Shown here one piece after another: positions 1 through 10,098 of a DNA stretch of 50,167 nucleotides. The translations under genes and the position numbers were made by a program. The notes under the pieces were generated by a model. That model saw only the letters and a program-made list of their open reading frames with translations. It was not told the DNA's origin and made no database searches. Every line of letters begins with the position of its first letter. Within the stretch, counting starts at the first letter, position 1. Origin of the DNA: Promethearchaeota archaeon (GTDB lineage: Archaea; Asgardarchaeota; Lokiarchaeia; Sigyniarchaeales; SOKP01); assembly GCA_048940645.1 (NCBI GenBank), contig JBHLOI010000024.1, positions 1 through 50,167 of the forward strand. Direction: 5' to 3'.

Positions 1-94
1 TAAATAATTCAAAGAACTCCTATTAAAAAATTTAGAGATTTTTTTTAGTTTAAAAAAATTCTTCTAAAGGAAAAATTCACTCTCTTCCATAAGA

Positions 95-661
95 TCACCT
101 GCTTTCCATCTTTTCAAGAGCTAATTCTGTAAGTAGTTCAAATGTTTTATTAACATTTTGTCCAGTTTTAGCAGAAACTTCTGCAAATCCTGAAAGGTTA
201 TTTTTTTCTGCTATTTGAATCCCAAAATCTCTTGATATCTTACGTTGAGTATTTAAATCTATTTTTGATCCCACAAGTAAAATTGGAATTCCACCAGCTT
301 TTTGTCTTATTATTCTTACCCATTCGGGTATATTGTCTAAAGTGGGAGGACGAGTGACATCATAAAGAAGGAAAGCAGCATTTGCTCCCAAACAATATGT
401 AGGGAGTAAAAATCGAAATCTTTCTTCTCTACCCACATCCCATATTTGCAATTTAATTATTTTTCCATGTAAATTTATTGTTCTAGCAAGAAAATCCACA
501 CCAATTGTTAGTCTTTCTGCGGGATTAAAAATATTATAACAATATCTTTTAGCAAAAGATTGTTTCCCCACAGATTTATCGCCGAGGAGAAGTATTTTGA
601 AATTAAAATCATAAATTGGCATTTTAGTATTTAATAATTCATTGAGGAGGTATGTATTCAC
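95..661 (-). CDS. Rab-like small GTPase (Asgard type)
   Basis: G1 GDKSVGKQS, switch I TIGVDF, KLQIWD..EERFR, G4 SKID, G5 EVSAK; no C-terminal prenylation Cys. Confidence 0.9.
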   Translation of the reverse strand: MNTYLLNELLNTKMPIYDFNFKILLLGDKSVGKQSFAKRYCYNIFNPAERLTIGVDFLARTINLHGKIIKLQIWDVGREERFRFLLPTYCLGANAAFLLYDVTRPPTLDNIPEWVRIIRQKAGGIPILLVGSKIDLNTQRKISRDFGIQIAEKNNLSGFAEVSAKTGQNVNKTFELLTELALEKMESR

Positions 662-856
662 ATCCTTCTGCTGAATTTATAGATGTGTAATTAAAAATGT
701 AATTGATTTCTAATTATTACTCTTTCCGTTATTAATATAAAGAACTAAGCATATAAATTTCACACTTCTGTCAGTTTTTCTGACACACAAGAACATACAA
801 GAATTTTATTAGTTTTTCACGGGACATACAAGAAGTTTGCATATCCGTTCATACTT

Positions 857-2383
857 TTAATCAACCTTCTTTCCACACAATTTACAATACTTCTGCTCCT
901 TTTTTAGTTTACTTCTACAATACTTACAATAGAGCTCAACTTCAGGTTCTTCTTCCTTAACAGATTTTTTCACTTGTAACTGAGTAGCAACTCCTAAGTC
1001 GCCTGGTGGTTTCGGAGGTTTGAAGATGTAAGGATATGGAAATCGATCTCCTTTATAACGTTTTCTATCTATATCTACTAATCGTGTGGGTATACCTGCC
1101 ATTAAACACGCTAAGATGTTAAAACAATCTTCTACTCCTGTCCCTTTTTTAGCTGATGTTTCTATATAATATAAATTGAATTTTCTAGTGAATTTATTTA
1201 TTTTTTCAATTGGAATTGCTCTTTGGTCTGTTAAATCGCTTTTATTTCCCACAAGTAAAATTGGAAGCTCTTTGTTAACGCGAGCCTTTAATTCTTCAAT
1301 CCATAATGGTAAATGCTCAAAACTTGAAGGATTAGTAAGATCAAAAACTAGAAATGCACCTAATAACCCGCCATAATACTTAGGTCTTAGAAAAGAAAAT
1401 CTTGCTCGGCAACCAGCGTCCCAAAGCTGTAATTTACATTTAATTTGACCCTTCGCAGTATTGATAGGTACAGTATTTACATGAAAATCTAAACCTATAG
1501 TCATTTTATAATCGTCTGTAAAGAACCCGTTTGAAAATTTATGGGCTAAAGCTGTCTTACCGACTTCACTATCTCCAAGCAAAAGACATTTAAAATTATT
1601 TGATAATTCAGGCTCAAATGTCATTTGTGCGATTTTTTCACAAATCCTTCTACAATCTAATAATATTAGCCCAAGTCGTTCATCTTTATCTGCTAAAACC
1701 ATTAATAAAGCATTGGGACCAGCTTGTAGAAATAAAAGATACCCATTGGAACCTTTTATATATAGTTGATCAAAGTCACCTCTTTTCATCTCAAAAACAG
1801 CTATTTCAGATAAGGAAAGAAGCGTAGGAGCTATAAGACCCATTATCATTTTATTAACATATTTCGGAATTATTGAAGTGATTGGCATCCCATTTTTTGA
1901 TATTACTACTGCAGTTTTCTTCATAGTAAAAGAAGGAAATAAAGAAGAAAATGGTGCAATATAGGGAAATGTTGTTGTAGGTTCATAGAATTCATTAGAT
2001 CCCAAACTTTCTGATGCAATTTTTTCACAAGTTCTTTTACAATCTAATAATATTTGCCCAAGTCGTACATCCTTATCTACAGATTTCATTAAAAATGCAT
2101 CACGCGCATCAATAACCAAAAGATAACCGTTAGAACCCCTGAGATATAGTTGATCAAAATCACCCTTTCCTGTCTCATTAATGGCTCGTTCAGATAAGGA
2201 GAGTAATGTAGCGGTCATCGCAGCGATCTTTTTTTCATCAATATCTTTTGGAAGACTTGAAGCAATAGGTAAACCAGTTTTATTCGCAATTAATGTGTTT
2301 TCAGTTAAGGAAATGACTCCAAAAGAATCTTCTCTTCTTTTTCTTTTAGCATCATCATAAGAATAAGGTTCCATAGAATTCAC
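857..2383 (-). CDS. Fusion: Roadblock-Roadblock-Rab-like GTPase-proline-rich motif-zinc ribbon
   Basis: Two repeats of GLPI..S...IAAMTATLLSLSE..GDFDQLY.KGSNGY (MglB/Roadblock); GDSEVGKT, TIGLDF, NKSD, ETSAK; tail FPYPYIFKPPKPPGDLG and CKYC..CKLC. Confidence 0.88.
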   Translation of the reverse strand: MNSMEPYSYDDAKRKRREDSFGVISLTENTLIANKTGLPIASSLPKDIDEKKIAAMTATLLSLSERAINETGKGDFDQLYLRGSNGYLLVIDARDAFLMKSVDKDVRLGQILLDCKRTCEKIASESLGSNEFYEPTTTFPYIAPFSSLFPSFTMKKTAVVISKNGMPITSIIPKYVNKMIMGLIAPTLLSLSEIAVFEMKRGDFDQLYIKGSNGYLLFLQAGPNALLMVLADKDERLGLILLDCRRICEKIAQMTFEPELSNNFKCLLLGDSEVGKTALAHKFSNGFFTDDYKMTIGLDFHVNTVPINTAKGQIKCKLQLWDAGCRARFSFLRPKYYGGLLGAFLVFDLTNPSSFEHLPLWIEELKARVNKELPILLVGNKSDLTDQRAIPIEKINKFTRKFNLYYIETSAKKGTGVEDCFNILACLMAGIPTRLVDIDRKRYKGDRFPYPYIFKPPKPPGDLGVATQLQVKKSVKEEEPEVELYCKYCRSKLKKEQKYCKLCGKKVD

Positions 2384-2485
2384 ATTTTTTATACTTTGGA
2401 TTTAATTTTTTAGTTAGTATTGTTTTTTAATTATCTATTTAACTTTTTTACCACATATTCGGCAATAATGGAACGCATGAAACAT

Positions 2486-3004
2486 CTATTTAGGCTTTTT
2501 TCTACAGTTATGAGAAAATTGCTCGTCTTTAGTAAGTTCCATGCCACAATATTGGCAATAAATTTTACTTTCTGGCTTTTTTTTAATAGGTATTTTTATT
2601 TGTGACTGTGATTCAGCTCCCAAATCTCCTGGAGGACCTGGAGGTTTGAATATATATGGGAATGGAAAAAAATCGTCATCGTCAAAAATTCCTATTAACC
2701 CAAGCCTAATATCATTGTCTGCTAATACTATTAATATAGCATTAAGTCCTGCTTGAAGGATTAATATATAGGAATCAGAGCCTTTAATATATAATTGATC
2801 AAAATCACCCCTCTGCATTTCAGTTATAGCTTTTTTTGATAAGGAAAATAGCGTAGCAGTCATCGCAGCGATTCTTGTATTATCAACATCACTAGGGAGT
2901 GCTAAAGCAATTGGGAGACCTTCCACTGAGACGATAGCAGCAGCTTTTATTCCGGGAATCCCCTTTAAAAGTTTGTTCAACCTTTCATCAGCAGCAGATC
3001 CCAT
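2486..3004 (-). CDS. Roadblock/LC7 (MglB-like) protein with proline-rich motif and zinc-ribbon tail
   Basis: AAAIVSVEGLPIA...RIAAMTATL...GDFDQLYIKG; FPFPYIFKPPGPPGDLG; CQYC...HNC. Confidence 0.88.
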   Translation of the reverse strand: MGSAADERLNKLLKGIPGIKAAAIVSVEGLPIALALPSDVDNTRIAAMTATLFSLSKKAITEMQRGDFDQLYIKGSDSYILILQAGLNAILIVLADNDIRLGLIGIFDDDDFFPFPYIFKPPGPPGDLGAESQSQIKIPIKKKPESKIYCQYCGMELTKDEQFSHNCRKKPK

Positions 3005-3130
3005 AGAAAAACCGGTTCCAATAATTTAAGTCATATTTTTAATATAGGTGAACATTTATTTATAAAATTATACGTAATTGTAAATATTAGAAAATATATT
3101 AAGTGACCAAATTTTGGTTGATCTATAATT

Positions 3131-4294
3131 TCAATAGAAGTAAAATTTTTCTGAACCCTTTTGTTCTGAGGATATTTTTCCCTTTTTTACTAGATTTGTT
3201 AAAATCTCCTCTATCATGTTAGGAGTCATCTTGGATTTTAATTGTTCATTAAATCCCAATTCATTAATTCTATGGTATAATGCTTGTACTGTAAATGCTT
3301 TACCTTCGTTTTCTTTAAAATAGTAATAAAGGTGATTCTCGTCTAGAAGCATGCTCTGCTCAAGTTGGGGTTTCTCTTCAGCACTCTCTTGAGATATCTT
3401 TAAATCATCTTCTCTTTTTACAATTATTTTCTTCGAATAAATTTCTTCTAAACAATTCAACAAAGAATTAATAGCTCTACCATGTTTTTTAAGAGGATAT
3501 GAAAATTGATCAATTTGAAAATAGGTTAGTTCTTTAAAAGGAATAAAAATTGTTGATACATCGATTTCACTAACGAATTTAGACATTACACCGTAACCTG
3601 TACCAAAATGAGGGATACTTTCCATAATATTTATTAAATCCTTCTTTTGATTTAGATAATCCACGAGAGCAGTTGTTTTTTTATTATATTTTACCTTTCT
3701 CGGCATTATGCTTAAAAGGTCCATAGTTTCTCTTGAGAATTTCATAAGACCAAATAAATCAATGAAAAGATCAAATTCGATTATTTCATAGGGGAAAAAA
3801 TTTGGCATAATTTTTTTAAATTTTTCAATTCTCTTAACGATTTCAGTTTCAACCGACTCAAACGGAGCAAAATAATACTTTCCCCCTCCATGTTTACTGG
3901 TTTTACACACTCGTCCAAATATAAAGGAACTTGGAATAGGGAAATCTAAAACACCTGTCCACATATAACGTGAAGTGAAATACATTGAGGTTTTCATTGT
4001 ATCACTTTTGTATACCATTCTCTTAAGGAAGTAATCCTTGAACTCAAAAACGACCTTGACAAAGTTTTGCGAATATCCTTGGATAAATTTAATCTCTTTA
4101 TCGATCTTTTTTATCTCTCTCCCATTTTTCCCGAATTTTTTATACTCTAATTTCGCAATTTCTTCATTTGAATTAAGTCCTTTAATAACATAATTTGGAG
4201 GGGGCTCTAATTGAAATCCGTTTATTACAGAGTCAATAGCTTTTTGAGCATTTTTTTGTTGGATTTTTGTCACAGTATTTTCATTATAAGACAT
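3131..4294 (-). CDS. Hypothetical protein, possible C-terminal winged helix
   Basis: 387-aa ORF; C-terminal FT.QALY....IEEILTNLVKKGKI resembles a wHTH. Confidence 0.6.
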   Translation of the reverse strand: MSYNENTVTKIQQKNAQKAIDSVINGFQLEPPPNYVIKGLNSNEEIAKLEYKKFGKNGREIKKIDKEIKFIQGYSQNFVKVVFEFKDYFLKRMVYKSDTMKTSMYFTSRYMWTGVLDFPIPSSFIFGRVCKTSKHGGGKYYFAPFESVETEIVKRIEKFKKIMPNFFPYEIIEFDLFIDLFGLMKFSRETMDLLSIMPRKVKYNKKTTALVDYLNQKKDLINIMESIPHFGTGYGVMSKFVSEIDVSTIFIPFKELTYFQIDQFSYPLKKHGRAINSLLNCLEEIYSKKIIVKREDDLKISQESAEEKPQLEQSMLLDENHLYYYFKENEGKAFTVQALYHRINELGFNEQLKSKMTPNMIEEILTNLVKKGKISSEQKGSEKFYFY

Positions 4295-4336
4295 TTTAAA
4301 TTCAACTCTTCATATCTATTTAAAACTTTTCTTAAT

Positions 4337-5200
4337 TTACTGAGTCAATATTTTAAGAAATTCTCCAAGAAGAATGGTTGTATGGTCAGAAATTTCATTT
4401 AGGTAATTCATCACTTTTGACTTATCCTCTTCTTTGATTATTTTTTCCACTAAATTTAAATCCTCTTGTGCAATTTTTTGTTGCAAATTTGAACTTAAAT
4501 CAAATGCTTGTTGGAAGTATTTTAAACCATCTTCAAGATGCTCGTAATCTCGAATCTCCGTAGATGTAAAAGTCAATTTTTCTCGTAAGAAATTGTAACC
4601 TTTAAGACGGAGTGAGATGGCTTCCAATTCGTTCTTCAATATCCTTTTTCCACTTTCTGAAAATTTTCTTGTTTCAATAATTGTTTTCAACATATTATAG
4701 ACTTTTTCTTGATGAACTTCTTTCTCTAATGGTTCACTATATAGTGAAGCTTTTCTTGCAATGAAGAAGGTTGGTACCATGAATGCTGCAGCAATAAATT
4801 GACCATATACAGCAAAAGATGGACTCAATAATGACCAAAACGATTCACTTGCATTAATAACAAAATATAATTCATAGGATATTAGGTAAAATAGCGTAGC
4901 TCCAAAAAGAATAAGAGGACTGATACCAGCTGAAATATGTGCATAATCACTCTTTCTTTTTACTTTTACAGCAGCGAATATACTTAAGCAATTCCCGATC
5001 ACTACAAATACAGTCGAAAAAATTGAGAATAAAGAGAGATAACGATTTGCTGTCCAAAAAATCTCTGTGCCAACTTCCCAATCATAAATGATATTATAAC
5101 CAAACATCCACATATCCCACGAATACAGATTTCCATAATGAAAACTGCCTGCGGGAGCAATCAATGAAAGTAACCCAATAATAGAGCCAAATAATAACAA
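4337..5200 (-). CDS. Membrane protein (about 4 TM segments) with a soluble helical C-terminus
   Basis: Hydrophobic N-terminal half, charged C-terminal half; the frame stays open upstream, so the true start may be earlier. Confidence 0.7.
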   Translation of the reverse strand: MLLFGSIIGLLSLIAPAGSFHYGNLYSWDMWMFGYNIIYDWEVGTEIFWTANRYLSLFSIFSTVFVVIGNCLSIFAAVKVKRKSDYAHISAGISPLILFGATLFYLISYELYFVINASESFWSLLSPSFAVYGQFIAAAFMVPTFFIARKASLYSEPLEKEVHQEKVYNMLKTIIETRKFSESGKRILKNELEAISLRLKGYNFLREKLTFTSTEIRDYEHLEDGLKYFQQAFDLSSNLQQKIAQEDLNLVEKIIKEEDKSKVMNYLNEISDHTTILLGEFLKILTQ

Positions 5201-5478
5201 AATCCAGCTATAATTTGACCCTTTCCTTTTTTTGGGTGCTGAATAATTCTGAATTTTTAACCCTCTTTTATAATCATTAAGAAAATATTATTTTATTATT
5301 ATATAAATGTTATAAAATGACAAACTCCAACCTAATTGAAGAATTTTCAAATTTTATTAAAATAGATTGGGTAGATAATCGTAATTATACGAAATATTTG
5401 TAAAAAATAATCGAAATGGTTATTAAATAATTGAAATAATTATAATTTAACAACAATTTCTCAAAAATTTAAAGTTAT

Positions 5479-5634
5479 ATGGCTACAATTGACCTTACTG
5501 ATATAGTAAAGAAAAAATTAAAGGAATACATGGATAAAAAAGGATGCAAAACGTATTCTGAATGTGTAAATTTACTTTTAGAATTCGCAGATGCTCGTGA
5601 CGGGACATTAAATAATATTCAAAATAATAAGTAA
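5479..5634 (+). CDS. Small ribbon-helix-helix (CopG/antitoxin-like) protein, 51 aa, not in ORF track
   Basis: Manual translation MATIDLTDIVKKKLKEYMDKKGCKTYSECVNLLLEFADARDGTLNNIQNNK; TIxL..beta-helix-TYS-helix RHH pattern. Confidence 0.6.
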   Translation: MATIDLTDIVKKKLKEYMDKKGCKTYSECVNLLLEFADARDGTLNNIQNNK

Positions 5635-5777
5635 AAATATATTGATAAATCAGTAATTCTATTCTCTATTTCTAAATGACTGATAAAAGAAATTCGATTA
5701 TTTTAGGAAAACTACATTGAATTTGTCTTTATAGATTCTATTTAAAATTTACATGATTTTTAATTATTACTTCTTCG

Positions 5778-6428
5778 CTATAACTCAACCTTATTTCCAC
5801 ATAAGCGACAAAATTTTTGTTCTTTTTTTAGTCTGCATCCACAATATTTACAATAAAATTCAATTTCCAATTCTTCTTCTTTAACAGGTTTTTGCACTTG
5901 TGACTGAGTTTCAACCCCTAAATCTCCAGGTGGTACTGGAGGCTTGAAGATGTAGGGATATGGATATCTATCATCATCCTCATTTGCTATACTTTTTAAT
6001 TCTTCAGCAGAACTTTTTAAAATAAGCCTAATCAAACCTATACTTATATCGGGTTCAGAAATGATCGTAAGCATCATTTTAGTTCCACAAGCTGATGTAA
6101 ATATTTTACCTCCTGAGAATTCAGTGGTGACGATTTCTAAGTCTCCAAGTTCAAGGCTTTTTCCTTGATCTTCCGATGCACAGTAAACAGCACTTGCTAT
6201 TGCTCCTATTCCATCGATATCAACTTGAAAATAATTAAATTTAGACACATTTGAGATTGTTAAACCCGTTCTATCAACCAAAATGACTTTTTTAATTCCA
6301 CTTTCTGACTTTATAATTTTACTTAAAATCTCTTTAAGTATTCCAATGTTATAATTAGCACCAAAAAATTGATTTCTCCTTCTTTTTCTTTTTATACCGT
6401 TGGCAGCATAAGGTTCCATAGAATGCAT
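5778..6428 (-). CDS. Roadblock/LC7 protein (second subtype) with proline-rich motif and zinc-ribbon tail
   Basis: LVDRTGLTIS...DGIGAIASAVY..EFSGGKIF; YPYPYIFKPPVPPGDLG; CKYC..CRLC. Confidence 0.85.
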   Translation of the reverse strand: MHSMEPYAANGIKRKRRRNQFFGANYNIGILKEILSKIIKSESGIKKVILVDRTGLTISNVSKFNYFQVDIDGIGAIASAVYCASEDQGKSLELGDLEIVTTEFSGGKIFTSACGTKMMLTIISEPDISIGLIRLILKSSAEELKSIANEDDDRYPYPYIFKPPVPPGDLGVETQSQVQKPVKEEELEIEFYCKYCGCRLKKEQKFCRLCGNKVEL

Positions 6429-6483
6429 GGGTTTTATCTCTGGATTTATTTAGTATATACAGATAATATCTAGCTTATCCAAG

Positions 6484-6693
6484 CTAGAATTGTATAACAG
6501 AATTTACATCTAATTGTTTCTCCCTTGAAAATTTTTTGACTGCAACAGTGGGAAGGTATTTCTCTTCGTATTGAGTGGATACAAATTTAGTTAATAACTT
6601 TGTCTTCTCTGAAGCAGGATCACCTATAACTATCACTTTGTATAATATATCTTCTAAAAGCTTTTTCCGCACTTCATCAGCGGCAGATCCCAT
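6484..6693 (-). pseudogene. Truncated, degenerate small GTPase
   Basis: YKVIVIGDPASEKTKLL...YLPTV is a degenerate G1/G2 only; N-terminus MGSAADE shared with 2486..3004. Confidence 0.7.
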
Positions 6694-7030
6694 AGAAAAT
6701 GCCTTTTCAATTATTTAAAGTGGTATTTTCAATTCAGGTGAAACTGTATTTATAAATTCAAACAGTAAATGTTAATTAAAAACAAGTAAAGAATTATATA
6801 TATAATATTTGTAGTTATTAAAAGAAATTAAAAGAATTATTAACTATTCCCATTATTAAATTAATACATTACTAAACCTACTTTTCTATTTTTGAAATAT
6901 AATAATTTATAAATATATCTCATCAAAGTCATTCATTTTGTAATATTATTCTGCAGATATGGTTTGAAATATTATCAGTATCAATATATAGTTTAATATT
7001 TTAGAGATTACAAAAAAAGGAGTTTTTAAA

Positions 7031-7402
7031 ATGGAAAAAATAAACAGACTACAAATAAACACCATTATAAAGATACCTGAGGGAAGACTAGAATTATTCA
7101 AGCAATTCGCAGTCGAGAGTATAAGACTCACAAGTGAAAGAGACACAGGAGTCCTTAAGCAAGACTGGTTTATTAGCAAAGGTCAGACAGAGGGCGTAAT
7201 TCATGAGGAATACAAGAATTCAGAAGCTGTGCTCGAGCATATGGCTAACATGAGCGAAATTCGAGAACTTGCTAGTAATTTCTCTATAGATCACGTGAAT
7301 GTGTACGGTGACCCCTCGCCGGAACTTCTAGAAATGACAAAAGGCGCTAATATGAGGGTGTATTCTTTCTTCCAAGGAGTGGAAGAAATGATTGAAGCCT
7401 AA
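7031..7402 (+). CDS. Antibiotic biosynthesis monooxygenase (ABM)-like protein
   Basis: IPEGRLELFK...GVL.QDWF...HEEYKNSEAVLEH...VYGDPS dimeric alpha/beta barrel pattern. Confidence 0.7.
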   Translation: MEKINRLQINTIIKIPEGRLELFKQFAVESIRLTSERDTGVLKQDWFISKGQTEGVIHEEYKNSEAVLEHMANMSEIRELASNFSIDHVNVYGDPSPELLEMTKGANMRVYSFFQGVEEMIEA

Positions 7403-7528
7403 TATTTTTTTTATTATATTTTTTAAAGGAATTTTCATTGAAATCAGACTCTGAATTATCCTTTTTTGTGGATTTTTTAAGATCTATACTTTTTTTTTTG
7501 ACGATTAATTTACTTAATTTAATTAAAA

Positions 7529-8110
7529 ATGAAGATTCCTGTACTCAAGAAATTTTCATCTATTGCCTGTTGCGGTATAGATTGTGGATTATGCCCAACT
7601 TATTATACAAAGGGATCTTCAAGATGTCCGGGTTGCGGGGGACCAGAGTTTTCCAACAAGCATCCTTCTTGCTCAATTCTAACCTGTGCTGTTAAAAAAA
7701 AAGGTCTTGAAACGTGTGCAGACTGTGAACAATATCCTTGCGAAAAGATTAAATTATGGGATAAGGCAGACTCTTTTGTTACCCATAAAGTATGTCTTCA
7801 AAACCTGAATGAAATCAAACAAAACGGATTGGAAAAATTTATTGAACAGCAAAATATTCGGGTGAAAATTCTTGGAACTTTACTGAATTCTTTTAATGAG
7901 GGAAGGTCAAAGAGTTTTTTCTGTATTGCTGCTACTCTACTTACGATTGATGATCTAAATGAGAGTATTAAAAAAGCACAAAAAAAAATTGGAGAGGAGA
8001 ATATTCGTACAAACGATTTAAAATCTAAATCAAAAATTGTAAAAGAGATACTAAATCAATATGCCAAAAGTAAGAACATTGAGTTAAAGTTAAGAAGGAA
8101 AACTAAGTAA
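7529..8110 (+). CDS. DUF3795-family Cys-rich protein
   Basis: CCGIDCGLCP...CPGC...C.ILTC...CADC..YPC. Confidence 0.8.
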   Translation: MKIPVLKKFSSIACCGIDCGLCPTYYTKGSSRCPGCGGPEFSNKHPSCSILTCAVKKKGLETCADCEQYPCEKIKLWDKADSFVTHKVCLQNLNEIKQNGLEKFIEQQNIRVKILGTLLNSFNEGRSKSFFCIAATLLTIDDLNESIKKAQKKIGEENIRTNDLKSKSKIVKEILNQYAKSKNIELKLRRKTK

Positions 8111-8199
8111 TATCTTCAATACGTAACGTAAAAAGTAAATATTTATATTCAAGGTTAGTTTAACCAACTTTTAATCTATATCAGACGGATCATTACCTT

Positions 8200-8760
8200 T
8201 TAGATAAAGAAGGGAACTACAAGTGCCACAAGAGAAACTATGAATGGCAAAATAGTCATAATTGACAAAATTAAACCAATTATCCCTCCAATCATTTCTA
8301 AAATGGGTATTTTCTCTTCTCTGAAACCTTTTAGACTATATATCATTCCAATTAATAGAAAAGGTATAGCAACCAAATTTAAGAGAACTCTATAATCCGT
8401 AGAGCCATAAACCCAAATATTGAAATACCCATACACGGCCGAAACGAGATCTGGTGGAGTAGATATCAAATAAATTACTAATGCAACTACCGCTGATACG
8501 ATCGAGATAATTGCATTTTTTCTGAAATAATCCCGAAATCTTCTTGATATCTCCCCCACAATTTCATTTTTCTTAATGAATAAAATCCAAATCCCACCTA
8601 ATATTGCTAAGAGAAATCCGACCAAAATCGTTGGAAATCCTTCAGAACTTAAAAGTCCTAAACTCACTATATCTGCTGCAATCAAAATTGCTCCTATAAG
8701 AATTATAACAAATGGGATTTTATACTTTTCTTCAATAAAAAGTCCAGTCATTATATTCAC
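8200..8760 (-). CDS. Hypothetical membrane protein
   Basis: About 5 hydrophobic segments. Confidence 0.65.
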   Translation of the reverse strand: MNIMTGLFIEEKYKIPFVIILIGAILIAADIVSLGLLSSEGFPTILVGFLLAILGGIWILFIKKNEIVGEISRRFRDYFRKNAIISIVSAVVALVIYLISTPPDLVSAVYGYFNIWVYGSTDYRVLLNLVAIPFLLIGMIYSLKGFREEKIPILEMIGGIIGLILSIMTILPFIVSLVALVVPFFI

Positions 8761-8765
8761 TCATT

Positions 8766-9230
8766 TCACAGATTCTGCTTCAGTTTTTGAGCAAATTCTT
8801 CTGCATGTTTGAGGTCTTCAGCATTTGGTCTACCCTTATTCATTCCCCCAAAATATTTCATAAAACTATTTGTGTTAAAACCTTTACACTGAAAGTCATC
8901 GAGAATTACATAACCTTTCGAATGCAGTTTTTCCCTAAGTAGCGAGTGATCCATGGCGACTTTGGCTTTTCCTGTCAATGCAGCGGTCGAAAAAATGAAT
9001 GCTTTCCTGTTGGTGATATGTGGTATAGTATCGGCAAGGTCAAGCAGAAGTTTATGGTGTTTTCCGCCATATATCCCTGAACCAAAGCCAGTTAGCCCAT
9101 ATTCTTGAAGCTCTTCAGCCTTAATTTGCTCTGGCGTTTTTATCTGTGCATCAAGTACTTTTGCGATGACGTTAGCGATCTTCTCGGTATTCTTGTGATG
9201 ATATGAAAACAAAACCAATAGAGATTTCAT
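8766..9230 (-). CDS. Flavodoxin family protein
   Basis: SYHHKNTEKIA, GFGSGIY, GRPNAEDL..AEEF. Confidence 0.85.
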   Translation of the reverse strand: MKSLLVLFSYHHKNTEKIANVIAKVLDAQIKTPEQIKAEELQEYGLTGFGSGIYGGKHHKLLLDLADTIPHITNRKAFIFSTAALTGKAKVAMDHSLLREKLHSKGYVILDDFQCKGFNTNSFMKYFGGMNKGRPNAEDLKHAEEFAQKLKQNL

Positions 9231-9324
9231 TGGTAACGAAACATTCTCTTATATTTAAGAATATCGAACTTAATAATCAGACCTAATTTTTAGATTCTAA
9301 TGGCTATCTATCCTTTAAGTTAAA

Positions 9325-10074
9325 TTACTTATTTAAAAATTCAATGAAACTTTTCATTGGAATCCCTGTTCCCATAAATATAATCGGCTTTTCGTCAGTC
9401 GAGTGTTTCTTAAATTCATCACTGTACCAATATTGACATAATTGGTTAAATTTTTCTGAAAATAAATTAAATTGACGAGGGGAAAGATATATATAAGCAG
9501 AAAGTAAGGGGAAGTCTTGGTTTTCATTATCTGTCAAAGTGTCCCTCGAATCATTGTCAGCAATATTACATCGAGGGTTAAATAATCCGTAAATTAGTTT
9601 TTTTGTAAGATTTATCATTTCTTCTGGGTTACTACCCATAATTTTATTTATTTTTTCAAAAAATTGCTGTTGGATTTTTAAATTTACAATGCGTATTTTA
9701 GTCATAAATAAAAATACATCAATTACAGTTTTGGCTTGTTCGAGAGTAAGTGATTCAGGATTAAGTCCAGGAAGAATGGCATTAAATTCAGTTTCAAAAT
9801 TAGGGTTAATAGCATACGTATTCTCAAATACTTTAGGCTTAGTTGATCCTGGATCTGAGTATACTGGTCTTTTTTCTTCTAATATAACATCAAATTCTTT
9901 CATTTTTTGTATATGTCCATGAATCGTTGATTTACTTTTATTTAGTTTTTCAGTGATTTCGGATAGGCTTAATTTACCGTAAATATTCAGAAAACTATAT
10001 ATTTGAAATTTTGTCTTACCTAAGAGATCAACAATCTCCGCCATTTTTTCTTTTCTCGAAGCTTGCTTTTCCAT
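9325..10074 (-). CDS. Winged-helix (ArsR/TrmB-like) transcription regulator
   Basis: LSLSEITEKLNKSKSTIHGHIQKM HTH; divergent from the MFS gene. Confidence 0.8.
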   Translation of the reverse strand: MEKQASRKEKMAEIVDLLGKTKFQIYSFLNIYGKLSLSEITEKLNKSKSTIHGHIQKMKEFDVILEEKRPVYSDPGSTKPKVFENTYAINPNFETEFNAILPGLNPESLTLEQAKTVIDVFLFMTKIRIVNLKIQQQFFEKINKIMGSNPEEMINLTKKLIYGLFNPRCNIADNDSRDTLTDNENQDFPLLSAYIYLSPRQFNLFSEKFNQLCQYWYSDEFKKHSTDEKPIIFMGTGIPMKSFIEFLNK

Positions 10075-10098
10075 TTTTTATCACTATAAATTATAATA

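Noticed and set aside
769-834. TGTCAG-N5-CTGACA inverted repeat and duplicated ACATACAAGAA
   Set aside because: Too short to distinguish operator, terminator or chance.
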